DNA of 64,000 nt from Patescibacteria group bacterium (GCA_040390125.1 JAZJYZ010000001.1:506396-570395); one strand, 5' to 3'. Shown: positions 18,000-28,899, counted from the first letter of the stretch. A program made the numbers and translations. Notes: a model not told the origin generated them from the sequence alone.

Positions 18000-18119
18000 G
18001 AGTAGAGAGTTGAAAGTAGAGTGTAGGAAATAGTAAATTTAGTTTTATAATCTTCCTTCTTCCTTCTTCCTTCTTCCTTCTTCCTTCTACCCTCTACCTT
18101 CTACTAACTAATAACTAAT
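17994..18119. repeat. heptamer-repeat array with inverted arms (AGTAGAG / CTACCCT type, plus TTCCTTC x5)
   Basis: Read directly between grpE and dnaK. Confidence 0.85.
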
Positions 18120-18125
18120 ACATTC

Positions 18126-20021
18126 ATGGGAAAAATACTTGGAATCGATCTTGGAACTACAAATTCAGCAATGGCTATTGTTGAGGGTGGCGAGCCACGC
18201 ATCATTGAAAATGCGGAAGGAAATCGCACGACACCCTCAGTAGTCGCTATTTCAAAGGCGGGTGAACGTTTAGTGGGGCTTGTGGCAAAACGACAAGCGG
18301 TAACGAACCCTACAAACACTATCTATGGTGTGAAGCGCTTCATGGGTCACAAACTAAGTGACGCAGCTGTTCAGAAGGACGTTGCAACAGCATCCTACAA
18401 GACCAAAGAAGCCTCTGGCGGAGGTGTTTCGGTTGTTTTGGGAGATAAAGAATACCGACCTGAAGAAGTTTCAGCAATGATACTCCAGAAATTGAAAGCA
18501 GATGCTGAGGCAAAACTAGGTGAAACTATTACAGAGGCAATTATTACCGTCCCTGCATATTTTGACGATGCACAACGCCAAGCAACAAAAGATGCAGGGA
18601 AAATTGCGGGTCTTGATGTGAAGCGAATCATTAATGAGCCAACAGCGGCGGCTCTTGCGTATGGCTTTAATAAACGAAAAAATGAACAGATTATCGTTTA
18701 CGATTTTGGTGGCGGAACTTTCGATGTTTCTGTACTTGAGGTGGGTGATGATGTCATTGAGGTTAAGTCAACCGGCGGAGACTCACACATGGGTGGCAGA
18801 GACATCGATCAGAAAATCGTCAAATGGATTGCCGATTCGTACAAAAAAGAAAGTGGTATTGATATCACTAAGGACTCGCTTGCTTTGCAACGCCTTGATG
18901 AAGCGGCAGAGAAGGCAAAACATGAACTTTCCACCACAATGGAAACGGAAATTAACATTCCGTTCATCACTTCTGATGCATCAGGCCCGAAGCATCTTCT
19001 GATGAAGATGAGCCGTGCCTCACTTGAAGAGCTTGCACGCGAATATATTGATCGCTCTATTGAAATCACTAAGCAGGTTTTGGAATCAGCGAAGTTTAAA
19101 ACTACTGATATTCAAGAAATTATTCTCGTTGGAGGGCAGACCCGCATGCCTGCTATTCAGGAGGCTGTTAAGAATGTCTTCGGTAAAGAGCCTAATCGCA
19201 CCATTAACCCTGATGAAGTGGTTGCTCTCGGTGCTGCCATTCAGGCTGGAATTATGCAGGGCGATGTGAAGGATGTACTTCTCCTTGATGTTATTCCGCT
19301 TTCCCTCGGTATTGAAACAATGGGTGGCGTTGCGACGAAGCTCATTGAAAAAAACACCACAATTCCTGCAACTCGTTCGCAAACATTCTCAACTGCCGCA
19401 GACAATCAAACATCGGTAGAAATTCACGTGGTTCAGGGAGAGCGTGCTATGACGAGTGACAATAAATCATTGGGACGCTTTATTCTTGATGGTATTCCGC
19501 CAGCTCCACGAGGACTTCCGCAGGTGGAGGTGTCGTTTGATGTAGATGCAAACGGAATCCTCAAGGTAACCGCAAAAGATAAAGCAACTAATAAAGAGCA
19601 ATCTATTCGCATTGAGGCACGTTCAGGTCTTACAGACGCTGATATAGAGAAGATGAAAAAAGATGCCGATCTTAATGCCGACACCGATAAGAAATCAAAA
19701 GAGCTTGTTGAAACTAGAAATCTTGCAGACCAAATGATTTACACTGCTGAAAAAGCACTCCAAGAGCACGGTGCAAAAATTCCTGACGACGTGAAGCAGG
19801 GAGTAACGGGTGCTGTCGCAAAAGTGAAAGAAGTAAAAGAAACGGGCGACATAACAGGTATTCAAGGAGCTACACAGGCACTCTCAACTGAGATGCAGAA
19901 AATCGGACAGTACATGGCTGAACAGCCAAGTGGACAGAGTACAGCGAACAGTGAACAGGGAGGAGAGGAACAGAAACCTCCGGAAGAAACTCCGGGACAG
20001 GGACCAGTGACAGATGTGTAA
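18126..20021 (+). CDS. dnaK: chaperone DnaK
   Basis: [28 protein letters not shown]. Confidence 0.99.
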   Translation: MGKILGIDLGTTNSAMAIVEGGEPRIIENAEGNRTTPSVVAISKAGERLVGLVAKRQAVTNPTNTIYGVKRFMGHKLSDAAVQKDVATASYKTKEASGGGVSVVLGDKEYRPEEVSAMILQKLKADAEAKLGETITEAIITVPAYFDDAQRQATKDAGKIAGLDVKRIINEPTAAALAYGFNKRKNEQIIVYDFGGGTFDVSVLEVGDDVIEVKSTGGDSHMGGRDIDQKIVKWIADSYKKESGIDITKDSLALQRLDEAAEKAKHELSTTMETEINIPFITSDASGPKHLLMKMSRASLEELAREYIDRSIEITKQVLESAKFKTTDIQEIILVGGQTRMPAIQEAVKNVFGKEPNRTINPDEVVALGAAIQAGIMQGDVKDVLLLDVIPLSLGIETMGGVATKLIEKNTTIPATRSQTFSTAADNQTSVEIHVVQGERAMTSDNKSLGRFILDGIPPAPRGLPQVEVSFDVDANGILKVTAKDKATNKEQSIRIEARSGLTDADIEKMKKDADLNADTDKKSKELVETRNLADQMIYTAEKALQEHGAKIPDDVKQGVTGAVAKVKEVKETGDITGIQGATQALSTEMQKIGQYMAEQPSGQSTANSEQGGEEQKPPEETPGQGPVTDV

Positions 20022-20028
20022 ATAAAGA

Positions 20029-20112
20029 AGGTTCTAGGGACTAGCTTCTAGCTTCTAGCTTTTAGGTTTAACTTCAGAAAAACTAGCACCTAGCACCTAG
20101 AAGCTAGAACCT
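20029..20112. repeat. heptamer-repeat array with inverted arms (TTCTAGC / GCTAGAA type)
   Basis: Between dnaK and dnaJ. Confidence 0.85.
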
Positions 20113-20126
20113 GTAAACTAACCCCT

Positions 20127-21206
20127 ATGGCTTCAAAAGATTACTACCAACTTCTCGGAATCGATAAAAAAGCCTCAAAAGAGGATATAAAGAAGGCGTT
20201 CCGTAAACTTGCGCACCAGTATCATCCGGATAAAAAAGGAGGCGACGAAGCGAAGTTCAAAGAGGTGAGTGAAGCGTACAGTGTGCTTTCTGATGACAAA
20301 AAGCGTTCAGAATACGATTCTTACGGCCGAGTATTTTCGGGAGGTGGATCTCAAGGGCCTCAAGGAGGCGGGTTCGAGGGTTTTGATTTCTCACAGTTCC
20401 AGGGTGGTGCTGATTTTGATGTTGACTTGAACGACATCTTTGGTGGATTTTCTGACATCTTTGGTGGTGGCCGGGGTAGGCAAGCTAGAGGTAGAGATAT
20501 TTCTGTTGATCTAGAACTCTCATTCAAAGAATCAGTGTTCGGACTTACACGCAGAATGCTTATCACTAAAGACAGTACATGTTCTTCGTGCACAGGCTCG
20601 GGTGCAGAACCTGGAACAAAAACAAAAACATGCCCAACCTGTAACGGCAAAGGCCAAGTGGTGGAGTCTAGGCGCTCTCCCTTTGGTACTTTTTCTGTCT
20701 CTACCGCATGTGCTACGTGTAATGGCAGACGTGTTGTTCCTGAAAAACCCTGCACTACCTGCAAAGGTTCCGGCGTAGAACGTCGTCAAGAAGAAATTAC
20801 CGTTGTTATTCCACCAGGCCTTGATAATGGACAAGTTATTCGCTTGGCAGGTTTTGGAGAAGCAATTTCTGGTGGTGCCACTGGAGATCTCTACGTAAAA
20901 GTACATGTACGTGCCGATCAAAAGTTTAGAAAAGAAGGATATAACCTTGTCACTGATCTTTCTGTAAAAATTTCTGACGCATTGATGGGCTCTGAATATC
21001 AGCTTGAAACTCTGGATGGCACGGTGAGTTTGAAAGTTCCACCACTTTCTTCTACTGATGAAATTCTTCGCATGAAAGGGAAAGGGGTACCTACGGAGCG
21101 TGGAAAGCGAGGCGATCTTCTTATACGTGTTCGTGTCGAGATGCCCCAGAAGCTATCCAAAGAAGCAAAAGAACTCCTTCTCAAGTTGAAACAAGAGGGA
21201 ATATAA
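20127..21206 (+). CDS. dnaJ: chaperone DnaJ
   Basis: HPD motif, G/F region, four CxxCxGxG-type repeats. Confidence 0.99.
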   Translation: MASKDYYQLLGIDKKASKEDIKKAFRKLAHQYHPDKKGGDEAKFKEVSEAYSVLSDDKKRSEYDSYGRVFSGGGSQGPQGGGFEGFDFSQFQGGADFDVDLNDIFGGFSDIFGGGRGRQARGRDISVDLELSFKESVFGLTRRMLITKDSTCSSCTGSGAEPGTKTKTCPTCNGKGQVVESRRSPFGTFSVSTACATCNGRRVVPEKPCTTCKGSGVERRQEEITVVIPPGLDNGQVIRLAGFGEAISGGATGDLYVKVHVRADQKFRKEGYNLVTDLSVKISDALMGSEYQLETLDGTVSLKVPPLSSTDEILRMKGKGVPTERGKRGDLLIRVRVEMPQKLSKEAKELLLKLKQEGI

Positions 21207-21209
21207 AGA

Positions 21210-21286
21210 AGCTGCCAGCTTCCAGCTGTCAGGTTCCAGCTTTTAGAGGTTAAAGCTGAAAGCTAGCAGCTGGAAGCTGAAACCTG
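21210..21286. repeat. heptamer-repeat array with inverted arms (AGCTTCC/AGCTGTC type)
   Basis: agctgcc agcttcc agctgtc aggttcc ... aaagctg aaagcta gcagctg gaagctg aaacctg. Confidence 0.9.
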
Positions 21287-21312
21287 ATTTCGGTGTGGTA
21301 TGATTTTCCCGT

Positions 21313-21819
21313 ATGGATATACTTACGGATTTGGACATAGGAGGGAATTTTCATAAAGCTCTAGATTTTCTTGTGGGCTTTGGTAGTGACTTTTTTGCCT
21401 TTATAGTGCTGGCAGGTCTGGTTGCGGTTTTTGCATTTTATTTTGGACGTAATCGTTTGATGCCTCTCATTGCCGCTTTGTATGCGGCTGTTCCTTTATA
21501 CCTATTTTTTCCATTTCAAACTCCACTTCTCCAAGACCCGTACATAGCGATAGCCCTCTATCTACTCTTCGTCTTTCTTGCTCTGGTGGCTTTTTCGGGT
21601 CTCTCATTTTTTATGGCAAGTGCTCCAAGGTCATTGCTCCGAGTTGGTGCCACTTCTATTTTGGTTGCAGGGGCACTACTCGCAATAGGCATCCATGTTC
21701 TTCCTCTTGAACAAATTTATACACTAACCGCTCCAACAAAAGCTCTTTTTGCTTCAAACCAGGCCTTCTTTTGGTGGTTAGTAGCTCCATTAGCTGGGCT
21801 CTTTTTCTTAGAGCGATAA
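21313..21819 (+). CDS. hypothetical multi-pass membrane protein
   Basis: About five hydrophobic helices. Confidence 0.8.
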   Translation: MDILTDLDIGGNFHKALDFLVGFGSDFFAFIVLAGLVAVFAFYFGRNRLMPLIAALYAAVPLYLFFPFQTPLLQDPYIAIALYLLFVFLALVAFSGLSFFMASAPRSLLRVGATSILVAGALLAIGIHVLPLEQIYTLTAPTKALFASNQAFFWWLVAPLAGLFFLER

Positions 21820-21828
21820 TAACCATTT

Positions 21829-23412
21829 ATGTCTCAAACAAAAAAACAAAAAGAGAATATTTTAATACTTGACGGTAACAACCTAACACCTGAGGCTGTG
21901 CATGCCGTAGCACATAACCAAGAGATTTCTGTAGCTCCATCGCCGGACGCCATGAAGCGTGTACGGGAAAGCAACGCCTTTCTTAAGGGAGAAGTTGGGA
22001 AAAAAGTTATTTACGGGATTACCACAGGCTTTGGGCCAATGGCTTCTCACATCATTGGGAAAAATCAGCTCGTAGAACTGCAATACAATCTCATTCGGAG
22101 TCACGCCGTGGGAGCAGGGGATCCTATACCGCAAGCTTTCGTTGTCGCTGCGATGGTAGACAGGGCAAATACTTTTCTCAAAGGATATTCAGGTGTTTCA
22201 GAGGGTGTAATCGAGCAGATCATAGGCTTCATCAATCACCGCATCATCCCCATCGTCCCTGAACACGGAGCAGTGGGCACGAGCGGGGATTTGGTACAAC
22301 TCGCACATATTGCATTAGCACTCATTGGAGAAGGGGAAGTGTTCTATAAGGGCGTGCGTATGTCGTCGAGCGTCGCTTTGAAAAAAGTAAAAATGAAAGC
22401 ACTCAAGCTCGGACCCAAAGAAGGTCTCGCACTCATCAACGGCACTTCCGTGATGACGGGTATCGCTGCACTTCTCATCGTCGAAGCAAGGCATCTTGTT
22501 GACCTTGCCACTCGCTCAGGTGCTATCGCTTTGGAGCTCGTAAATGGTCTGAATGACGCCTTCTCGGATATGCTCCACTCTGTGCGTCCACACAAAGGAC
22601 AGAGAGAAATTGCGAAACGCCTCCGAGAACTCCTCAAGGATTCTGAACTCATGACCGACCGAAAGATGCTCCAGTCGAAAGTGAACGTCATCGATAACGT
22701 CTATGTCACGCCCGAGAGCATACAAGAGGTGTATTCGTTCCGGTGCATACCACAGATACTCGGACCCATACTCGATATATCAGAAAAGGTATACGGAGAA
22801 GTGTCCGTCGAGCTCAATTCAGTAACTGACAACCCAATAATTGACCTCAAGGAGAAGATATTCCTCCATGGTGGCAACTTCCACGGAGACTATATCGCAA
22901 CTGCGGTAGATCAAATGAAGATAGGTATCGTAAAGATGACCATCCTCTCGGAGAGACGTGTGAATTTTTTCCTAAATAGAAACGTTAATCAAACATTCCC
23001 ACCGTTTTTGAACCTAGCCCAGCCCGGCCTCACGCTTGCACTCCAGGGACTCCAATTTGTAGCAACTTCGACGACAGCTCAGAGCCAATCACTCGCATAC
23101 CCGCACTCACTTCATTCGATATCCACGAACGCAGACAACCAAGACGTCGTTTCCATGGGCACCGATGCGGCACTTTTAGCGTATAAAACCATAGAAAACG
23201 CCTACATAGTGCTTGCGATAGAGCTCATCACGCTCGCACAAGCTGTAGACTTGATACACGCCGCAGAGAAGCTCTCTCCCGAATCGAAAGAGCTCTACAA
23301 GTTCATTCGTTCTCACTTTGCCGTGGTACAAGAAGACCGCTCGTTCACAACAGAATTGAATGTCCTCAAGGAAAAGATTCAAAAAGGCAAAGGTTTCGAG
23401 GCTTCGAAATAG
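21829..23412 (+). CDS. MIO-dependent aromatic amino acid ammonia-lyase/mutase (HAL/PAL/TAL family)
   Basis: IYGITTGFG, NLIRSHA, GTSGDL (MIO triad T-S-G), KEGLALINGT, QEVYSFRC, DNP, GGNFHG, NQDVVSMG. Confidence 0.95.
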   Translation: MSQTKKQKENILILDGNNLTPEAVHAVAHNQEISVAPSPDAMKRVRESNAFLKGEVGKKVIYGITTGFGPMASHIIGKNQLVELQYNLIRSHAVGAGDPIPQAFVVAAMVDRANTFLKGYSGVSEGVIEQIIGFINHRIIPIVPEHGAVGTSGDLVQLAHIALALIGEGEVFYKGVRMSSSVALKKVKMKALKLGPKEGLALINGTSVMTGIAALLIVEARHLVDLATRSGAIALELVNGLNDAFSDMLHSVRPHKGQREIAKRLRELLKDSELMTDRKMLQSKVNVIDNVYVTPESIQEVYSFRCIPQILGPILDISEKVYGEVSVELNSVTDNPIIDLKEKIFLHGGNFHGDYIATAVDQMKIGIVKMTILSERRVNFFLNRNVNQTFPPFLNLAQPGLTLALQGLQFVATSTTAQSQSLAYPHSLHSISTNADNQDVVSMGTDAALLAYKTIENAYIVLAIELITLAQAVDLIHAAEKLSPESKELYKFIRSHFAVVQEDRSFTTELNVLKEKIQKGKGFEASK

Positions 23413-23414
23413 CT

Positions 23415-24968
23415 ATGTCCCGATCGGTACAACGAATCACTACAACGAAGAGTGCCACAGGTATCGTTACAGATATTTTTGGTAAAGGTCTCACTAAAGA
23501 TTCTCTTAGACGCCTCACGCACGAGAAGTCAGAAGAGTGGTGGGTGAAGGAAGGGGAGAAGCGCGCTCTGGCTCTTTTCCACGAAGCTGCAAAGCGAGTC
23601 CCTGCATATGCGTCGTTCCTCAAGAAAAAAGGGGTCAAAGCTTCTGCGGTCCGCAGCATGACCGATTTCTCACAGGTTCCCGAAACTGACAAGAAAAACT
23701 ATATAACCAGATATCCTTTGGAGGATCGCTGTTGGGACGGGACACTCAAAGGAAGCACGTTAGTTGCTATGAGCTCGGGCACGACAGGTTCCCCGACTCT
23801 CTGGCCACGGGGGATGGAACAAGAAGCAGAGGCTGCCCTGGTCCACGAACATCTCTTCCTTGATTTGTATGAAGTAAAAAGATATAGAACGTTGGCAATT
23901 ATTGCATTCCCTATGGGGGTGTACGTGTCCGGCATCGCAACTACGCTCCCATCGTTTCTCACGGCATGCAAACATCCAAACCTTACCTTACTGACAGCGG
24001 GGAATAACCGCGATAGCATTTTGAAGACTCTAACTCAGCTCCAGAAGGATTTCGATCAGGTCATTCTCATCGGTCATCCTTTCTTCATCAAAGACGTGAT
24101 AGAGACGGGGAAAAAACACGGGATCCGGTGGGGAAAGACAAAGCTCCGAACGATGTTTTGCAGTGAGGGGTTCAGTGAAGAATGGCGAGACTACATTTCT
24201 TCGCTCGTGCTGAAATCAGCATCGCATAGAGATTTCTTCAACACCTATGGATCTTCGGAGCTACTTTTGATGGCCTATGAATCTCCTGAAACGGTGCTCT
24301 TACGGCGTGCAAGCGAGAAAGACAGCGAGCTCCGAAACAAACTTTTCTCAAAGCCAGTGACCCCGTTTCTTTTTCAATACAACCCGAGCCTTCGCTATAT
24401 CGAGAGCAATTCAAAAGGGGAACTTCTCTTTACCGCACGAAGCGGCGTGCCTCTAGTGCGTTTTAACTTACATGATTCAGGCGAACTCATATCGCACTCT
24501 TTCGTGAATGGAGCTCTTAAAGAAACAGGAATATCTCTTACAGGAGAGATACGGAAAGCTGGCTGGAAGAGATGGAACCTTCCCTTCGTGGCACTCTACG
24601 GACGGAGCGATCATGCACTAGTTTTTTATGCGGCGAACATATATCCAGAGCACATACATGGTGCACTTAATCACGCACCTTTTCTGAAGAAGATAACCGG
24701 TAAATTCAGTATGGAGAAGAACTATACGCCCTCTATGGATCAGAGGCTCACTGTCCATATAGAACTGCAAGAGAAAGAGTCTGGTACTGCTTCCTTGTGC
24801 TCCGAATTGAGAAAAAACATCGTTCAAAATTTAGAAGCAGTAAATATGGAATACCTCTTCCTCCGTAATAATCTTGAGAAAGACTTGGTGCCTGAAGTCG
24901 TCCTTCATCCGTATCAAGATGACACCTATTTCAAACAAGGAATCAAACCACGTTATATTATCAAGTAG
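23415..24968 (+). CDS. phenylacetate-CoA ligase (PaaK)-like adenylate-forming enzyme
   Basis: SSGTTGSP P-loop, YGSSE, PLVRFNLHD, GRSD...NIYP. Confidence 0.9.
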   Translation: MSRSVQRITTTKSATGIVTDIFGKGLTKDSLRRLTHEKSEEWWVKEGEKRALALFHEAAKRVPAYASFLKKKGVKASAVRSMTDFSQVPETDKKNYITRYPLEDRCWDGTLKGSTLVAMSSGTTGSPTLWPRGMEQEAEAALVHEHLFLDLYEVKRYRTLAIIAFPMGVYVSGIATTLPSFLTACKHPNLTLLTAGNNRDSILKTLTQLQKDFDQVILIGHPFFIKDVIETGKKHGIRWGKTKLRTMFCSEGFSEEWRDYISSLVLKSASHRDFFNTYGSSELLLMAYESPETVLLRRASEKDSELRNKLFSKPVTPFLFQYNPSLRYIESNSKGELLFTARSGVPLVRFNLHDSGELISHSFVNGALKETGISLTGEIRKAGWKRWNLPFVALYGRSDHALVFYAANIYPEHIHGALNHAPFLKKITGKFSMEKNYTPSMDQRLTVHIELQEKESGTASLCSELRKNIVQNLEAVNMEYLFLRNNLEKDLVPEVVLHPYQDDTYFKQGIKPRYIIK

Positions 24969-24973
24969 CATCC

Positions 24974-27217
24974 ATGGAACCAGAATTGAATCTAAAGCCT
25001 ACCCCTAAACGTGCGTCCAAGCCGGTGTTCTTTGACCTGTCCGAAAGTAGTAACCGCACTGCCCTGCAAGAGCTTTTTGCCGCAGGAGACATTATTCATG
25101 TGATTGACGAATATGAATCACAGCTCAAAGAGCTTTTTACGATCAGTAATCCTTCTTTGGCACAATCTTCAGAATTGCCAGCATCTTTTTCTACATATTT
25201 TCAATCTCTCTCAAAAGTTAAACCTCCTTCAGAGCAGGGCACATGGGTTTACTTCCCTTGGCTTTCAATGATTTCTCACATTCTTAGTGACGCTGAATTT
25301 CAGAAAGTAAGAACGGCAAGGAACAAAAACCTAATAACAGAAGAAGAGCAGAAAAAGCTATATGCAACCCGTGTTGCTATTGCGGGTCTTTCTGTGGGAA
25401 ACAGTGTGGCACTTGCTATCGTTCTTCAAGGAGGAGCTCGGCGGATAAAGCTTGCTGACCATGACACTCTAGAGCTTTCCAATTTGAACCGCATTCGTGC
25501 CGGAGTCGAATCGCTGGGGTTAACGAAAGTGGAAATTACCGCCCGTCAGATATATCTTCTTGATCCTTACGCTGAAGTAGAACTCTTCCTCGAGGGTATT
25601 ACCGAAGAAAACATCGAATTATTTTTCAATGACGTGGATATCGTTATAGATGAGATAGATAGCTTACCAATGAAGTACCGTATACGCGAAGAAGCGAAGA
25701 AGCGAAATCTTCCGGTTCTGATGGCAGCCGACAATGCTGATTCTGGAATTATTGATATTGAGCGATATGACCTCGACCCTTCGACCACATTCTTTAATGG
25801 ACGTATTCGAGAAACAAGGCAGGAAATACTGCATCTGGATAAAAAAGAAACCGGTGCTCTGATCGCTGACTTTGTGGGCTTAGAAAATCATAGCGAAAAG
25901 ATGTTGGGTTCACTGTCGGCGTTGATAGGGTCGACCTTAGTCTCTTGGCCACAGCTTGGTAGCACTGCTCTTATGAACGGCTCAGCGCTGGCGTATGTGG
26001 TTCGGCAGATCGCACGCGGAGTGCCACTCCCAAGCGGTCGCACTAAGATTCCGCTAGATAATCTATTTCATATTGGAGAAGGTGATGCAGATTCTCCCAC
26101 AGCTTTGGAGAAAGCACCCGATGCTACCTGGGGAGATGAGTTAGATTTCATACTGGAGGCCGGTCGGTTTGCTCCTTCGGCTGATAATACGCAACCGTGG
26201 AGGGTTGTCATAACAGATAATAAAACATTTTACCTCCACCACGTACCACAGCGAGATATGACCCCTTACGACAATGGTCAAAGAACTTCTTATATGAGTC
26301 ATGGTGCTTTCATAGAGAATGTCCGTATAGCAGCTGCAAAGTTAGGAAAATCGATTCAGTACGCACTTGAAGAGCCAACAGCACTGAATGATTACTGCGT
26401 CGCCCGGCTTACAATACAAGATAAAAAAGACGCCTTGAATGCGAGAGATGCTGAGCTGTATGGTGCCGTATTTTCCAGAGCCACAAACAGGAAAACATAC
26501 CGGAAAGAACCACTCTCAGACATTACTAATCAACGGATCATGCTCGCACAAAAAGAGATAGGGTGGGGAGAAGTTCGCATTATCGATTGCCCGAACCGTG
26601 AAATCGCACGGGCTGCAGCACTTTCAGGGCAGATTATGTTTCAAAATCCGGATGTCCATGAAGGGCTCTTCGCTCATATTCGATGGACACCCAAAGAAGC
26701 GCGTGATACTCAGGACGGGTTCCTTATAGATACCTTCGAGCTTCCATTCCCTGCGAAACTCATCTTTAAGCTCGCCCAATCTGCGGAGCGTTTGGAGTTC
26801 TTGAACCGATCCATAAAGCTAGCGGAAACTATCCCTACAGGGATGCAGGATCTCTACGAGCATTCAGGTTCATATATCGCTTTAGTCTCCGAACATAAAA
26901 CTTTTGAAGACTATGTAATGTTAGGTAGACTCATGGAGCGCATCTGGCTTACGGCTACTTTGGAAGGAGTCGCCCTCCAGCCTATCGGTGCGATGTGTTT
27001 CTTCAAAGACATGCTGGATGCAAAGACGACTCAGGCTCTTTCCAAGGAAGATATTCTTCTTACGGAAAAAGCACATGCCGTTTTTGAAAAAGAGTTTGAT
27101 CTCAAGGGCAAACATCTTCTTTTTCTATTTCGGGCAGGCTACGGCCCTAAACCATCGGCACGTACTGAAAGACTCTCTCTTTCACGCATCGTAAAAATTT
27201 CAGGAATCGAGGAATAA
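24974..27217 (+). CDS. ThiF/E1-like adenylation plus nitroreductase di-domain protein (Rv1355c/OxzB-like)
   Basis: RTARN, VAIAGLSVG, LADHDTLELSNLNR (ThiF); APSADNTQPW, RATNR, GRLMERIWLTAT..G..LQP (nitroreductase-like). Confidence 0.9.
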   Translation: MEPELNLKPTPKRASKPVFFDLSESSNRTALQELFAAGDIIHVIDEYESQLKELFTISNPSLAQSSELPASFSTYFQSLSKVKPPSEQGTWVYFPWLSMISHILSDAEFQKVRTARNKNLITEEEQKKLYATRVAIAGLSVGNSVALAIVLQGGARRIKLADHDTLELSNLNRIRAGVESLGLTKVEITARQIYLLDPYAEVELFLEGITEENIELFFNDVDIVIDEIDSLPMKYRIREEAKKRNLPVLMAADNADSGIIDIERYDLDPSTTFFNGRIRETRQEILHLDKKETGALIADFVGLENHSEKMLGSLSALIGSTLVSWPQLGSTALMNGSALAYVVRQIARGVPLPSGRTKIPLDNLFHIGEGDADSPTALEKAPDATWGDELDFILEAGRFAPSADNTQPWRVVITDNKTFYLHHVPQRDMTPYDNGQRTSYMSHGAFIENVRIAAAKLGKSIQYALEEPTALNDYCVARLTIQDKKDALNARDAELYGAVFSRATNRKTYRKEPLSDITNQRIMLAQKEIGWGEVRIIDCPNREIARAAALSGQIMFQNPDVHEGLFAHIRWTPKEARDTQDGFLIDTFELPFPAKLIFKLAQSAERLEFLNRSIKLAETIPTGMQDLYEHSGSYIALVSEHKTFEDYVMLGRLMERIWLTATLEGVALQPIGAMCFFKDMLDAKTTQALSKEDILLTEKAHAVFEKEFDLKGKHLLFLFRAGYGPKPSARTERLSLSRIVKISGIEE

Positions 27218-27240
27218 GGTGCTACACTTTTTATGCAGGT

Positions 27241-28899
27241 ATGGGTCTTGATTTTTTAAATGTTGATCTGTTGGCGCTGGGCATAAGCATCGCAGCAATA
27301 GGTATTCTGGGTTTCGTAGTGTTCCTTCAAAACCCAAAAAGTGCGACTCATTTCGCCTTTCTTTTTACAGCCGTGATGACCGCCTGCTACGGCGTAGCCA
27401 ACTATGTAAATTACCAAGTCTCTGATCCTGTAGCGATATTATGGTTAATACGCATAGTTATTTTTTTTGCAGTATGGCATGCATTTTCTTTTTTCCATCT
27501 TTTTTTCGTCTTTCCAGAAATACGAGTACGCTATCCGGTATGGTATCGGCTCGCCCTTATCCCGGCAGTCACTGCAGTTTCAATCCTAACACTTACACCC
27601 TTTGTTTTTACAAAACTTTCTAAAATCGGTGGTATCGGCGAAGTTTCAACGCCCGAAATAGGGATAGCTGCCCCAGTCTTCTTTGCTACGATTGCATTTC
27701 TTATATTAGCCGGTATCTATCTTTTATTAAAAAGAACTTTCCGAACAAACCCCCAAGAGCGTAAGCGTTTTATATACGTGCTTATCGGGAGCGTCCTGTC
27801 TTTTGGGCTTTTGCTGATTTTGAATCTAATTTTTCCCATACTCTTTAATTCCGTCGTCTTTGTTCCGTTTGCAGGGCTCACCTTTTTGCCCTTCATCTTC
27901 TTCACTGGTTATGCAGTCATTCGATATAAACTTTTGGATGTAAAAGTGTTGAGTACGGAAATCGTTGCTTTGGCACTTTCTATTGTTGCTTTTGTGCAAA
28001 TTATCTTTGCCCAAACTTTGCTCGAAAAAGTATTCACCTCTGGAGTATTCCTTCTCGTTTTACTTTTCAGCTTTATGCTTATAAAAGGAGTAACTAATGA
28101 AGTAAAGCAACGTGAAGAAATTGAACATCTTGCCGATAACCTGAGAGTCGCTAACGACAAACTTAAAGAACTCGACAGACTTAAATCACAATTTCTCTCC
28201 ATGGCTTCGCATGACCTTCGTGCACCCTTAACTATCATTCGTAACTTTATTTCACTGCTTTTGGATGGCTCTTACGGGGTTTTGGCACCGGCAGGAAAGG
28301 AAGGTTTACAGCAAGTTTTTGATAGGGCAACAGACATGGCGAAATCAGTGGAAACCTATCTTGACGTGTCACGCATAGAGCAGGGAAGAATGAAGTATGA
28401 CTTTATTGATATTGAGCTCTTGCCATTAGTCAAAAATGCAGTCACTGCATTTACGCCGAACGCTGAAAAAAAAGGTTTGAAACTCACCGCTACGTATGAC
28501 AGTGCACTTGAGGGAGCCAAAGCAAAAATAGATGTATCAAAAATGAACGAAGTGTTGAATAACTTGCTCGACAACACCATCAAGTACACACCGACAGGCA
28601 CAATGAATTTAAGTCTAAAAAGAATAGGTGATGCTTCATCGGGTCCGAAGGGACCATCAGTGGTTCGCCTTACTCTGAAAGACACAGGAGTGGGTATGAG
28701 TGCAGATACATTGAAAAACCTTTTTCAACTCTTCAGGCCGGGTGAAGATTCTAAGCGTATAAATCCTGCTTCAACGGGCGTAGGACTCTTTGTCACTAAA
28801 GCCCACGTAGAGGCACATAAAGGAAAAGTTTGGGCTGAATCTGAAGGGGTAGGGAAGGGCTCCACGTTCATTATGGAGCTTCCTCTTTTGACGGCTTAA
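27241..28899 (+). CDS. sensor histidine kinase with multi-TM N-terminal domain (HisKA_7TM-like)
   Basis: Many TM helices; H-box ASHDLRAPL, N-box NLLDNTIKYT, DTGVG, GVGL, GKGSTF. Confidence 0.95.
   Translation: MGLDFLNVDLLALGISIAAIGILGFVVFLQNPKSATHFAFLFTAVMTACYGVANYVNYQVSDPVAILWLIRIVIFFAVWHAFSFFHLFFVFPEIRVRYPVWYRLALIPAVTAVSILTLTPFVFTKLSKIGGIGEVSTPEIGIAAPVFFATIAFLILAGIYLLLKRTFRTNPQERKRFIYVLIGSVLSFGLLLILNLIFPILFNSVVFVPFAGLTFLPFIFFTGYAVIRYKLLDVKVLSTEIVALALSIVAFVQIIFAQTLLEKVFTSGVFLLVLLFSFMLIKGVTNEVKQREEIEHLADNLRVANDKLKELDRLKSQFLSMASHDLRAPLTIIRNFISLLLDGSYGVLAPAGKEGLQQVFDRATDMAKSVETYLDVSRIEQGRMKYDFIDIELLPLVKNAVTAFTPNAEKKGLKLTATYDSALEGAKAKIDVSKMNEVLNNLLDNTIKYTPTGTMNLSLKRIGDASSGPKGPSVVRLTLKDTGVGMSADTLKNLFQLFRPGEDSKRINPASTGVGLFVTKAHVEAHKGKVWAESEGVGKGSTFIMELPLLTA
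28630..28660 (+). repeat. ~31-bp palindromic mini-element located in frame within the kinase gene
   Basis: 26/31 identical to intergenic 51449-51479. Confidence 0.7.

Noticed and set aside
21829-23412. Calling the lyase hutH (histidine catabolism)
   Set aside because: No other hut genes, a TSG triad and a biosynthetic-looking context; substrate unresolved
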